Below, one piece after another: positions 20,232 through 29,909 of a DNA stretch of 32,000 nucleotides. The number at the start of each line of letters is the position of its first letter. Position 1 is the stretch's first letter. The DNA comes from Candidatus Saccharimonadota bacterium. Its GTDB lineage: Bacteria > Pseudomonadota > Gammaproteobacteria > Enterobacterales > Enterobacteriaceae. A program made the position numbers and the translations under genes. Below the pieces are notes generated by a model. The model was not told the origin of the DNA and did not search any database. It worked only from the letters and a program-made list of their open reading frames with translations. The stretch spans positions 60,001 to 92,000 of the forward strand of contig NC_014909.2 of assembly GCF_000185985.2 (NCBI RefSeq), read 5' to 3'.

Positions 20232-20300
20232 TTAATAATATTTATAAAAAATTTTTTAAAGATTTTAAAATTATTTATTATCGTATAAGTAATTAATGTA

Positions 20301-23300
20301 TTAATATGTTGGTTTGATTTCGTTCAAGTGAGTATTTTGATTGTACGAAGGAAAATCAACAGTCGTCATATGTTCTTTGCATATATAAATGGGAAAACAT
20401 GGTAGTTTTAATCCGTTGTTTTTATAATATTCTATAATACTTATATTTATTTGATGGCGTAATGGAACACGAGATTTTATATCTGAGGTATATATGCGAA
20501 TTTCAAGGATAGGTAGTCCTTGTTGAAAATCTACTAAATATACTTCTGGAGGGGGAGTATCTAAAGATAAAGGAGAGCTCTTTATGATTTCCATAAGCAC
20601 TTGAATCATTTTTTTTGTATCTATTTGAATGGGTGTAGGAATTCGTAAAATTACTCGCGTTGTTGTATCAGATAAAGACCAATTAATAAATTTTTTTGTA
20701 ATAAATTCTTTATTAGGCACAATAATTTCTTTATGATCCCAATCAGTAAGTATTGTTGCACGGATGTTTATACGTGTAACGTTTCCAGTAAAATTACGCA
20801 TAGTTATGGTATCTCCAATCCGGATTGGTTTTTCAAACAAAATCATTAACCCAGAAATAAAATTTGCAAAAATTTCTTGTAGTCCAAATCCTAATCCTAC
20901 TCCTAAGGCTGCAATTAACCATTGAATTTTCACCCATTCTATTCCTATTAGAGAGCATCCTGTTAATCCACCTAATACCATTAAAATATATTTAGTTAAC
21001 GTAATGATGGCATATTCTGTGCTAGGAGTAAAATTTAAGTATTGTAATAGTGTTAATTCTAAAAAAGCCGGTAATTTTCTCACTGTGATCGTGGTGATGA
21101 TAATCACCACGATCACAGTGAGAAAATTATTTAATGTTATAGGTTGAATATTTTCAATACCTTTAATAGTGGATTTTACATCCCATAATGTAATATTTTC
21201 TAAAAAGGAAAATGCGAATCGTAGTTCAGACCACAATAAAGATATTAAAATGAGAGCTGTTAAAGTAACAATAGATTTTATTAATTGTAATGATTGAGCA
21301 CTTATAGAATCAAGATCTAAAAATTTTTTATGATTATTAATAATAATTGGTCGTTCTTTTGTTATTAATTTGTGTTTTGAATGAGATTGTTTATAGTGTT
21401 TGGTTATAAATTGAATCCCTTGGTTTTCTTGAGATCTTTTAAATGCAATACGCCTACGTTGAATCAACATCCATCTTCGAATAATATAATATGTTATGAG
21501 TAATAGAACCCAAATAAATAATGATTTTTCTAATCGTATTAATATTTCTTGAGCGACAGATAAGTAACCAATTGCACAAGAGATAGCTGAAATAATTGGA
21601 GCAATTATCATAATATTCCATAAAGATTGATTAATTATATTATTAGAGGAATCATGTTTATTTAAGTACAAAGGTAATCCAGAACGTTTTAAGTTAATAG
21701 TAATATATGTTAAATACATACATAATATAAAAAAGCATAATCTCCCTAAAGTATTGGAAAATTCTCGATTATTATAATGATTAAATACAACACAAGATGT
21801 GATTAGAATTATAATGATAGTTGTTGACCAGAAATAATTTTTAGAAAAGACTTGCTGAATTCTTTTTTTAGACCATCCGAAATGAACAATAAATAATCCT
21901 TTAGGAGATGCAAAGTACCCACTGGTTATGAAAATCCATAACATAAAAGCTGTAGCATTCATTCCATTTCCGATAGAAACGATTATTGGATAGAGCCAAC
22001 AAGTATGATTTAAATTATATCCTATACTGATCCATAGTATTGGTATGGGTAACGCTATAAATATAGTACTCCATATATTATAAAAAGTTATTAAAAAGTT
22101 ATCTTGATTTACTTTGCCAACATAATTACTAGTTGTTTCTAAAAATTTATAATAATAATGACGTGCTCCAAAATGTAATCCTAGCGATATTATAAAACAA
22201 AATATCATTGGTATTAATGTTGATTGATTTGTAACAATCATATAAAATGCAGATTTTATTTGGTTATGAAAAGAATGGTTGGTTAAGAGTTTACATATGT
22301 CTTGATATACGTATCGCGGGTAAGATATAGTAATAGGACAAATATCAGCTGTCCAGAATAAATAACGATGAGTAGCTTGTTGTACCGCTTGTAGTGAGTC
22401 TTTGAGTTGATCATAAAGTAATTTTAATTTTGTTAACTCAAGGATTTGATTATCATAATTATTTAATAAAGATGTAATAAGTTCTCGTTGTGTATGTAAT
22501 TGTTTTGTAAGAATACTTTTTTGTATAAATGTTAACTCTAATTCGTTGTCTTGTTTGCTATTTAATATGAGATCAGGAATTTTGTTTATATAATTTTCGT
22601 ATTGTAATCTTTTTGCTTTTAATTGAGCCATATCATTATCTAATTGTTGAAATTTAGGTTTTTTTGGCAAATTAGTAACTTGAGAACGTAATGTTTCTCC
22701 AAGAATTGGAGATTTATTTATCCATTGTGATTGCTCAATTAGATTAGAAAAAACTTGATTTACTTGTGAAATATGAGTTTCAATTTCTCTTTGTCTTAAA
22801 ATAATGTTATTCATGTCTTGAGTTTGCTGCGTAATTAACAATGAAAGATCATGATTCATATATAATTGGATTTTAATAGATTTTGGTAATGTATCATGTT
22901 GTTCTTTTAAAATTTTTTCAGTATAAGCTATTGTTTGATCGGCTTCTTTATGACGAAGATGAGTTAATTGATTTTTTAATATTTTTAGTAAATTATTTGT
23001 ATAATTATATTTTTTTTTAATTAATGTTATTTTTAATTTAATTAGCTCTTTACGATTATTAGAGCTTAATTGAGCTAATTCTAATTCAACTAATTTTAAT
23101 CGATTAGCAGAACGTTCCGCTTGAAATGAAATAAATTGAGCGTATTCTATATTAGAATTAGTAAATAAAATTTGTTGTTGCTCTAGGTTATGTAATATAT
23201 GTTTGATAGTAACTTGTTGTTGAGGTAATAGTCTTAATGCTTCATAAATAGAATGCAATTGATCTTCTTCTTGAACAAGTTGTTCTGATAAATTTATTAA

Positions 23301-23693
23301 TTGGTTATTAACCTGGAATATTTTTTGTTTTAGCTCTTGGATAGTTAAATTTTGATATATATTGGTTGGTTGTTCGTTTATGTTATTGTATTCTTTTTGT
23401 AATTTCAGAATAATATATGAAAAATTATTAATAATATGTTGGTATTCGTTAATTTTTTCATTAGATGTTTTTTTTTCAGCAATAAAATATAAGGCAGATT
23501 TCAAAAGATTTATAGTAGTTTTTTGATTATTATTAATATGATCTAATTTTTCTATTTGTTGTAAATCTTTTTTAATTTTTTCTTCGTTTAAAAAATTACA
23601 GGAAGATGCTTTTGTGATGAATGTACAACATGCGCAGATATTGATGTATATTATTGCAAGAATAAATTTCGATATATATTTGTGTAGACCCAT
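20301..23693 (-). CDS. mscM: Large MscS-family mechanosensitive channel, MscM (YjeP)-type (MscK/KefA family)
   Basis: 1130-aa ORF with a signal-like N-terminus, a long coiled-coil periplasmic domain, about 11 TM helices, and an MscS core (LGVGLGFGLQEIFANFISGLMILFEKPIRIGDTIT, IIVPNKEFITKKFINWSL). It lies immediately downstream of psd, as yjeP does in E. coli. Confidence 0.87.
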   Translation of the reverse strand: MGLHKYISKFILAIIYINICACCTFITKASSCNFLNEEKIKKDLQQIEKLDHINNNQKTTINLLKSALYFIAEKKTSNEKINEYQHIINNFSYIILKLQKEYNNINEQPTNIYQNLTIQELKQKIFQVNNQLINLSEQLVQEEDQLHSIYEALRLLPQQQVTIKHILHNLEQQQILFTNSNIEYAQFISFQAERSANRLKLVELELAQLSSNNRKELIKLKITLIKKKYNYTNNLLKILKNQLTHLRHKEADQTIAYTEKILKEQHDTLPKSIKIQLYMNHDLSLLITQQTQDMNNIILRQREIETHISQVNQVFSNLIEQSQWINKSPILGETLRSQVTNLPKKPKFQQLDNDMAQLKAKRLQYENYINKIPDLILNSKQDNELELTFIQKSILTKQLHTQRELITSLLNNYDNQILELTKLKLLYDQLKDSLQAVQQATHRYLFWTADICPITISYPRYVYQDICKLLTNHSFHNQIKSAFYMIVTNQSTLIPMIFCFIISLGLHFGARHYYYKFLETTSNYVGKVNQDNFLITFYNIWSTIFIALPIPILWISIGYNLNHTCWLYPIIVSIGNGMNATAFMLWIFITSGYFASPKGLFIVHFGWSKKRIQQVFSKNYFWSTTIIIILITSCVVFNHYNNREFSNTLGRLCFFILCMYLTYITINLKRSGLPLYLNKHDSSNNIINQSLWNIMIIAPIISAISCAIGYLSVAQEILIRLEKSLFIWVLLLITYYIIRRWMLIQRRRIAFKRSQENQGIQFITKHYKQSHSKHKLITKERPIIINNHKKFLDLDSISAQSLQLIKSIVTLTALILISLLWSELRFAFSFLENITLWDVKSTIKGIENIQPITLNNFLTVIVVIIITTITVRKLPAFLELTLLQYLNFTPSTEYAIITLTKYILMVLGGLTGCSLIGIEWVKIQWLIAALGVGLGFGLQEIFANFISGLMILFEKPIRIGDTITMRNFTGNVTRINIRATILTDWDHKEIIVPNKEFITKKFINWSLSDTTTRVILRIPTPIQIDTKKMIQVLMEIIKSSPLSLDTPPPEVYLVDFQQGLPILEIRIYTSDIKSRVPLRHQINISIIEYYKNNGLKLPCFPIYICKEHMTTVDFPSYNQNTHLNEIKPTY
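21072..21129. repeat. Perfect palindrome (27-bp stem, 4-nt loop) embedded in frame in the mscM CDS
   Basis: taattttctcactgtgatcgtggtgat (21072-21098), gata (21099-21102), atcaccacgatcacagtgagaaaatta (21103-21129). The arms are exact reverse complements. The region encodes NNFLTVIVVIIITTITVRKL of a TM helix. Confidence 0.97.
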
Positions 23694-23751
23694 TCTGGTT
23701 TGATAAATAGAATTTGTAATGGTATGTGTATGTTTTTAATATTTATAAAAA

Positions 23752-23818
23752 TAAAAATACTGATAGGCAACAACCTTAATTTTAATAGAATTGATGTTGT
23801 TGCCTATCAGTATTTTTA
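23752..23818 (-). terminator. Strong hairpin (22-23-bp perfect stem, 21-nt loop) between psd and mscM; probable intrinsic terminator or attenuator
   Basis: aaaaatactgataggcaacaac (23753-23774) is the exact reverse complement of gttgttgcctatcagtattttt (23796-23817). A U-rich tract follows on the minus (sense) strand. It lies 30 nt after the psd stop and 59 nt before the mscM ATG. Confidence 0.72.
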
Positions 23819-23847
23819 GCATATTGTTTCGATTTTTGTGTATTTGT

Positions 23848-24744
23848 TTAGTTATTATTACGATTGTTTCCTTGAGCTAAAGACATTCCAATTCGAATAA
23901 TATCATTGGGTTGTAATTGACTATTTAATAATACAGAATCATTATTAAACAAATTTATTACAGTAGAACCTAGTTTAAATGCCCCCATTTCCTCTCCTTT
24001 AGTTAAAACAACTACTTCATTGTTATCAGTTTCTGATGCACTGCCTAAAGGGGGATAATGCCAATGTTTAACTACCCCTGTTCTAGGAGGAGTGATAGTA
24101 CCTCCCCAGGTAGTTTCTATACTACCAACTATAGCAGCTCCCACTAAAATTTGAGCCATGTAACCAAAATTTGTATCAAACAAGCAAATTATTTTTTCAT
24201 TTCTGGATAATATATTGGGTATATTTCTAAAAATTTTTGGATGTACAGAAAACAATTCTCCTGGTATATATAATAACTCTCTTAGAGTGCCCGTGCAAGG
24301 CATATAAACTCGGTGACAGTTTTGTGGAGGTATGTAAATAATGCAAAAATTTCCATTTTTAAAATAGTTGATTATTGTGTCATGACCTGCAAGTAATTCG
24401 TCTAGATAGTATGAATGCCCTTTTATGTTAAATAAATGGGTATCATTAATTTTTCCTATTTGAGAGATTACTCCATCTGCAGGGACTATTAAGGTATTCT
24501 GGTCTCTATTAATAGGACGATCATGTATGTTAAATTCCCTAGAAAAAAAATCATTAAAAGTTTCGTAATCATCTATATTTGGGTTAGAACATTCTTTCAG
24601 ATCTATATTATAGAATTTTATAAATAATTTGATGGCATACCGAGTTGCCCATCCTCCTTTCATAGAGGCAATTAGTCCTGCAAAGTAATTAACCCATCTT
24701 ATGGGTAGTAAGTATTGTAGTATAACTTGTATTTTTTCTAACAT
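23848..24744 (-). CDS. psd: Phosphatidylserine decarboxylase proenzyme
   Basis: 298-aa [37 protein letters not shown] and the self-cleavage motif [11 protein letters not shown] are colinear with E. coli Psd. Confidence 0.96.
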   Translation of the reverse strand: MLEKIQVILQYLLPIRWVNYFAGLIASMKGGWATRYAIKLFIKFYNIDLKECSNPNIDDYETFNDFFSREFNIHDRPINRDQNTLIVPADGVISQIGKINDTHLFNIKGHSYYLDELLAGHDTIINYFKNGNFCIIYIPPQNCHRVYMPCTGTLRELLYIPGELFSVHPKIFRNIPNILSRNEKIICLFDTNFGYMAQILVGAAIVGSIETTWGGTITPPRTGVVKHWHYPPLGSASETDNNEVVVLTKGEEMGAFKLGSTVINLFNNDSVLLNSQLQPNDIIRIGMSLAQGNNRNNN

Positions 24745-25413
24745 GGTATCATACCTAATTAAGTATGAAATGAGTTAATATTAATTACATTAAATTATAT
24801 TTTTATGATGTTATATATCGAAACTCTATTATAACACGTGTTTTATTATTGTTATAATAAAATTGTTTATATTTATTATTTTTTATAATTAGAGTTATTG
24901 GTTAGGTTTTAGCTAAATAATTTTATATTAACTAATTTTAGTATTATGTAACAAATGCAAAATATTACATATTATCTCATGAAATGAGATAAATTACTTA
25001 TTTAAATTATTAAAATATTGAATTAAAATATACATAAATTATGTATTGACTCTAGTATTAGTAGTAAGCAAAAGATATGTTCATTGTTTTTTATATATAG
25101 AGATTTTTTGATTAGTCATGAATTATATTATTTACTTGAATTGAATATTATGTATTGAGCAATTTTGTAAATATTTTAATTATTGATAAGATGGCATAGG
25201 TGTTAAATTATATGTATAATATTTGAATAACATAAAGGGTAGTTTATGATTAGTGTACACAAGAAGTTAAACGTTTTTAATAAATGGTTGATTTTTATTT
25301 ATGGCGGTGATTTATTTTGTATTAAATAAAAAATATAATAAATAACTTAACAAGCACTCATGAATTTAACTTAAATCAAGAGATAAAGTGGTGCATTTAA
25401 ATGTGGGATTTTT

Positions 25414-25962
25414 ATGGATAAAAATTTGATTTGGATAGATTTAGAAATGACTGGTTTAAATCCAGAAAAGGATCGTATTATTGAGATAGCTACATTAATT
25501 ACAGATAGTGAATTAAATATTTTATCAACAGGGCCTAATTTAGCAATTAATCAAACTGAATTGAAATTATCAGAAATGGATTCTTGGAATGTACGTACCC
25601 ATAGCGCTAATGGTTTATTAACACAAGTTCGGTCTAGTAAATTAAATGAATGTGATGCATCTAATTTAACTATAAAGTTTTTAAAAAATTGGATATCTTT
25701 TCAAAAATCTCCTATATGTGGAAGTAGTGTAGCTCAAGATCGCAGGTTTTTAATTAAGTATATGCCAAAATTAGAATCTTATTTTAATCATCGTTATTTG
25801 GATGTTAGCACAATTAAAGAATTAGTAATGAGATGGAGATCAGATTTAATAGTAGGATTAAAAGTGCATAAAAAAACTCATCGTGCTTTAGAGGATATCC
25901 ATGAATCTATTTTAGAATTGGCGTATTATCGTCAGTATTTTATCAATTGTGGAAATAGGTAA
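25414..25962 (+). CDS. orn: Oligoribonuclease
   Basis: 182-aa [58 protein letters not shown] and [18 protein letters not shown] are near-identical in pattern to E. coli Orn. Confidence 0.96.
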   Translation: MDKNLIWIDLEMTGLNPEKDRIIEIATLITDSELNILSTGPNLAINQTELKLSEMDSWNVRTHSANGLLTQVRSSKLNECDASNLTIKFLKNWISFQKSPICGSSVAQDRRFLIKYMPKLESYFNHRYLDVSTIKELVMRWRSDLIVGLKVHKKTHRALEDIHESILELAYYRQYFINCGNR

Positions 25963-26105
25963 GAGTTTTAAAAAACTTAATTTTGAATTTTTAGGAGCAT
26001 GTAGCATGATTTGTAGTTAAAATTCTAATATTAATGTTATTGTTTTTGATAGTCTTGATATTATGTTGGTTTTTATTAAAAATTTTTATTAAGATTAATA
26101 TAAGA

Positions 26106-26178
26106 GCGGGAATAGCTCAATAGGTAGAGCACAACCTTGCCAAGGTTGAGGTTGCGAGTTCAAATCTCGTTTTCCGCT
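26106..26178 (+). tRNA. glyV: tRNA-Gly (GCC); no encoded 3' CCA
   Basis: gcgggaatagctcaataggtagagcacaacCTTGCCAAggttgaggttgcgagttcaaatctcgttttccgct folds as a cloverleaf with anticodon GCC and is near-identical to E. coli tRNA-Gly3. It is a single copy, where E. coli has glyV-glyX-glyY. It is followed by tgt, not cca. Confidence 0.97.
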
Positions 26179-26629
26179 TGTGTATTTTTGAGTTATAATT
26201 TTTTATATGTTTATAGTGCTATTTGCTAATTTAAATTAATTTTGTGTTGTATGTATTGTGAATGTAAGCAATATACATGCAAGCATGGTAATTAGTTTGA
26301 CAATAGTATTTCATTGATAGGGGGTAGAGCGTTTAGTAATAAAATTAATGTGGGATTTTTATCAGTTATTTTATAATTATTCATATTAATTTTAAAGGAT
26401 GGTTATTATATTCATATAAATAAGCTTACATTAGCTGTTTGTAGGCTTTCAAGTTTATACTGTCTGTATTAATCACTATTAGTGATTAGTAAAATATTGT
26501 AATAGTATGAAGTATTGTTATTTTTAAATATATGTATTTTATTCGTTCTTAGAACGAGTATATGTATTAAAATCATTAACGAATAAAATTAATTAAATTA
26601 TGGTATTATGCATAAATACATTGTGAATA

Positions 26630-27127
26630 ATGAGACAATACGTATTAATTTTATATAATGAATCTCAAACTTTATTATTAGGAGCTAATTTAGCGAAAGT
26701 CTGTGTGCTGGGTTGTATTTTTTATTTACATGGGAATATAGGATCTGGAAAAACAACATTATGTAGAGGTTTTTTAAAAGCTTTAGGTTATACAAAATAT
26801 GTAAAAAGTCCAACGTATACCTTAGTAGAGTTTTATTCGTTATCTAATAAACATATTTATCATATTGATTTATATCGATTACATTCAAAAGATGAATTAA
26901 TCAATATGGGTATTTATGATTGTTTTGATAATAAATCTATCTTATTAATAGAATGGCCAAAATTAGAAGTTGATTGTTTACCTAATCCAGATATTTCAAT
27001 AAGTATTGATTATTATAAGCACGAAACGTATCGACAAGTAGTTATTGTTACTTGTAGTAATATTGGCCAAATAATAGTAAATACTGCATTACATGCTGGA
27101 TATTTTGAGTATGAAGTTAAAAAATAA
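26630..27127 (+). CDS. tsaE: tRNA threonylcarbamoyladenosine biosynthesis ATPase TsaE (YjeE)
   Basis: 165-aa ORF. The Walker A motif GNIGSGKTTLCRGFLKALG, plus VKSPTYTLVEFY, YHIDLYRL and LIEWP, are colinear with E. coli TsaE. Confidence 0.92.
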   Translation: MRQYVLILYNESQTLLLGANLAKVCVLGCIFYLHGNIGSGKTTLCRGFLKALGYTKYVKSPTYTLVEFYSLSNKHIYHIDLYRLHSKDELINMGIYDCFDNKSILLIEWPKLEVDCLPNPDISISIDYYKHETYRQVVIVTCSNIGQIIVNTALHAGYFEYEVKK

Positions 27128-28475
27128 AATAATATTTTTCATATTAATATTATCAAAATGTTTATTTTTTAATATAATTTATGCTTCGACAGCATTGCAT
27201 TCGATTTATATAAAAAATAATATACGTCAATCTACAGTGATTATATATTGCAATACTACTGTACCTGAATATACAGTTTTTTATCTACATCATCCAGAAA
27301 GAATAGTAATAGATTTATTAAATATTCCTAATGTACAAAAAAAAAATACATTTCCGATAGCTTGCAATAAAAATAATTTAATTAAGTGTGTTCGTTCAAA
27401 TACTTCTGTAAATTGTAATGGAACACGTATAGTATGTGATTTAAATCATCCATCTTATATAAAAGTAGTAATTCAAAAAAAAATAAAAAAAAACTATCAA
27501 GTTATCTTAAAAATTGTAAGAAAAACATCAATTGCATCTCATTTAAATGTACGTAATTTGTATAATAATATTATTCAACGTCAAAAGTCATGCATTACTA
27601 CTATTTATTCAAAATTAATGGTAAGTAATGGAGATACTGACTCAGTAAAAGGAATAAATAATAGAAATAGTATTAGCCTTAGTAGTTCTAAGCATTATTT
27701 TAATAATAATAGTGGTGTTTATCATAGTAAGAGTCAAAATCAATTCCCTATTATCGTGGCGATTGATGCGGGTCATGGGGGACAAGATCCGGGCGCAATA
27801 GGTTTTCATGGAACATATGAAAAAAATATTACTCTTAGTATTGCAAAAAAATTAAAGAAATTATTAGATACTGATTTAAGATTTAAAGCTGTTATGATTA
27901 GAAATGGAGATAATTTTGTATCAATTACAGATCGAGCAGATTTAGCTAGAAAAAAAAGAGCAAATATATTAATTTCGATTCATACAGATGCTTCCGTAAA
28001 TTCTAAGGTTAAAGGAGCTTCAGTATGGGTTTTATCTAATCACAGAGCACATATAGAAACGATTCATTGGTTAAAGTGTAAAGAAAAATATGCAGAACTT
28101 TTAGGAGGATTGGGTCAAATATTAAATAATTATCGAAATGATCCATATTTTCAATATTTAATTTTAGATTTGCAGTTTGGGTATACTCAAAAGGCTGGGT
28201 ATAATATTGCGATGCACATGTTACATCAATTGAAGAATGTTGGAATTTTGCATAAAGATATCCCTGAATATTCTAGTTTTGGTGTATTAAGATCTCCTGA
28301 TATTCCATCTATTTTAGTAGAAACTGGATTTATTAGTAATTTTAAAGAAGAGAAGTTACTTATAACTGATACGTATCAGAGAAAAATAGCTCAAGCTTTA
28401 TATATGGGATTACGTGCGCATTTTTTAGTATTATTGCATCAGCATCAGCAAAAAATAATGTCAAACCATATATAA
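27111..28475 (+). CDS. amiB: N-acetylmuramoyl-L-alanine amidase AmiB (ATG 27111 preferred; the track ORF starts at ATG 27093); overlaps the tsaE 3' end
   Basis: From 27111 the N-terminus MKLKNKIIFFILILSKCLFFNIIYAS looks like a signal peptide. The catalytic domain IVAIDAGHGGQDPGAIG, LISIHTDA, GASVWVLSN, LDLQFG, FGVLRSPDIPSILVETGFISN is colinear with E. coli AmiB. Confidence 0.92.
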   Translation: MKLKNKIIFFILILSKCLFFNIIYASTALHSIYIKNNIRQSTVIIYCNTTVPEYTVFYLHHPERIVIDLLNIPNVQKKNTFPIACNKNNLIKCVRSNTSVNCNGTRIVCDLNHPSYIKVVIQKKIKKNYQVILKIVRKTSIASHLNVRNLYNNIIQRQKSCITTIYSKLMVSNGDTDSVKGINNRNSISLSSSKHYFNNNSGVYHSKSQNQFPIIVAIDAGHGGQDPGAIGFHGTYEKNITLSIAKKLKKLLDTDLRFKAVMIRNGDNFVSITDRADLARKKRANILISIHTDASVNSKVKGASVWVLSNHRAHIETIHWLKCKEKYAELLGGLGQILNNYRNDPYFQYLILDLQFGYTQKAGYNIAMHMLHQLKNVGILHKDIPEYSSFGVLRSPDIPSILVETGFISNFKEEKLLITDTYQRKIAQALYMGLRAHFLVLLHQHQQKIMSNHI

Positions 28476-28681
28476 TAAATATTATAAGATATATATATAA
28501 ATTTAGGATGAATTATTGTTGTATAATTTTTTAAAATAAGCGGTTTAAATTAATCATTTACAAATTTTGTTATATTTTAATAATACGGATAATGTTTTAT
28601 GCATTAGGTAAGAATAAAGAAAAATATAATATAATATTTGATACACATTAATTGTGTAAAAAAATATACTTTGACTACAAC

Positions 28682-29677
28682 ATGCAACAAGATAAAAAAA
28701 ATAATATTATTATAAAGCAGAATATTTCTTTCCCGTTAATTATTTTTATAATGGGTCCTACAGCTTCTGGTAAAACGAGTTTAGTTATTGCTTTAAAAAA
28801 ACGAAAATTAAAAATTAAAATTATTAGTGTTGATTCAGCTTTGGTATATAAAGGTATGAATATTGGTACATCTAAACCTTCTGTGTCTGAATTAGAAATT
28901 GCTCCACACAAACTTATAGATATTCGCGATCCATCGGATTGTTACTCTGTATCGGATTTTTATTGTGATGTAATTGTAGAGATAAAAAAAATTATAAAAT
29001 CTGGTTATGTTCCTGTATTAGTAGGAGGAAGTATGTTGTACTTTAAAGTATTGTTGCAAGGTTTGTTAATATTACCAAAATCTGATGAAGTCATTCGTAA
29101 TAATTTAAAATGTATTGCTCAAAAAATAGGTTGGATGAATGTATACAGAAAGCTTCAATATATTGATCCTGACGTGTCTAGAGCTATTCATTATAATGAT
29201 CATAAAAGAATAATTAGAGCATTGGAAATATTTTTAATTTCTGGTAAAACGTTAACAGAATTGAAATCTAAATATAGATCTGCTACTTGTTTTACATCAC
29301 AAAATAGAATATTACAGTTTGCCATTATGCCGTCAAGTCGAGAAATTTTACATAATCGTATTGAAAGGCGTTTTTATAAAATGTTAGAAATAGGATTTGA
29401 AAATGAAGTAAGAGTATTGTTTTCTAGATCGGATTTACATAATGATAAATCAAAAGCAGCAATTTCTTGTGTAGGGTACCGTCAAATGTGGGAATATTTA
29501 TTAGGTAAAATTGAATATAATGATATGATATACCAAAGTATTTCAGCAACTAAGAGAGTAGCGAAGCAGCAGCTTACGTGGCTTCGATCTTGGTCTGATT
29601 TATATTGGGTAAACAGTGATTGTATATCTTGCGCCGTTGATGAAGTGTTATTGATTTTATCTCAGCAAATATATTGA
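28682..29677 (+). CDS. miaA: tRNA dimethylallyltransferase MiaA (ATG 28682 preferred over the track's TTG 28652)
   Basis: IFIMGPTASGKTSLVIAL, ISVDSALVYKGMNIGTSKP, APHKLIDIRDPS, VLVGGSMLYFKVLL and VGYRQMWEYL are colinear with E. coli MiaA. Confidence 0.94.
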   Translation: MQQDKKNNIIIKQNISFPLIIFIMGPTASGKTSLVIALKKRKLKIKIISVDSALVYKGMNIGTSKPSVSELEIAPHKLIDIRDPSDCYSVSDFYCDVIVEIKKIIKSGYVPVLVGGSMLYFKVLLQGLLILPKSDEVIRNNLKCIAQKIGWMNVYRKLQYIDPDVSRAIHYNDHKRIIRALEIFLISGKTLTELKSKYRSATCFTSQNRILQFAIMPSSREILHNRIERRFYKMLEIGFENEVRVLFSRSDLHNDKSKAAISCVGYRQMWEYLLGKIEYNDMIYQSISATKRVAKQQLTWLRSWSDLYWVNSDCISCAVDEVLLILSQQIY

Positions 29678-29909
29678 TATCCAATAAAATTAGTTATACT
29701 TGTGAAGTTAATTGATATTCTTGTTTATTTTATTCGTAAATGTTTATTTTTTATATACAAGAGAAAGTAAAGATATATTTATATTATAGTATAAATAATT
29801 GATTTTAGTGTGTGATTAGAGCTAAAGAAAGCAATGTTACATTTATTGAGTGAGTTAAATAGTAAGATATTTGTAGCAATGAAATTGTTGATCTTTTTTT
29901 TATTTTTGA

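Noticed and set aside
20246-20257. An AT-only palindrome aaaaaatttttt between convergent efp and mscM, with similar ones after orn and elsewhere.
   Set aside because: Pure A/T self-complementary runs are abundant by composition and thermodynamically marginal.
25400-25415. A 16-nt exact direct repeat aatgtgggatttttat at 25400-25415 (overlapping the orn start) and at 26347-26362 (the spacer upstream of tsaE).
   Set aside because: With about 5e8 position pairs and a per-base match probability of roughly 0.3 in this composition, a couple of exact 16-mers are expected by chance. There are no flanking similarity, no inverted partners and no further copies.
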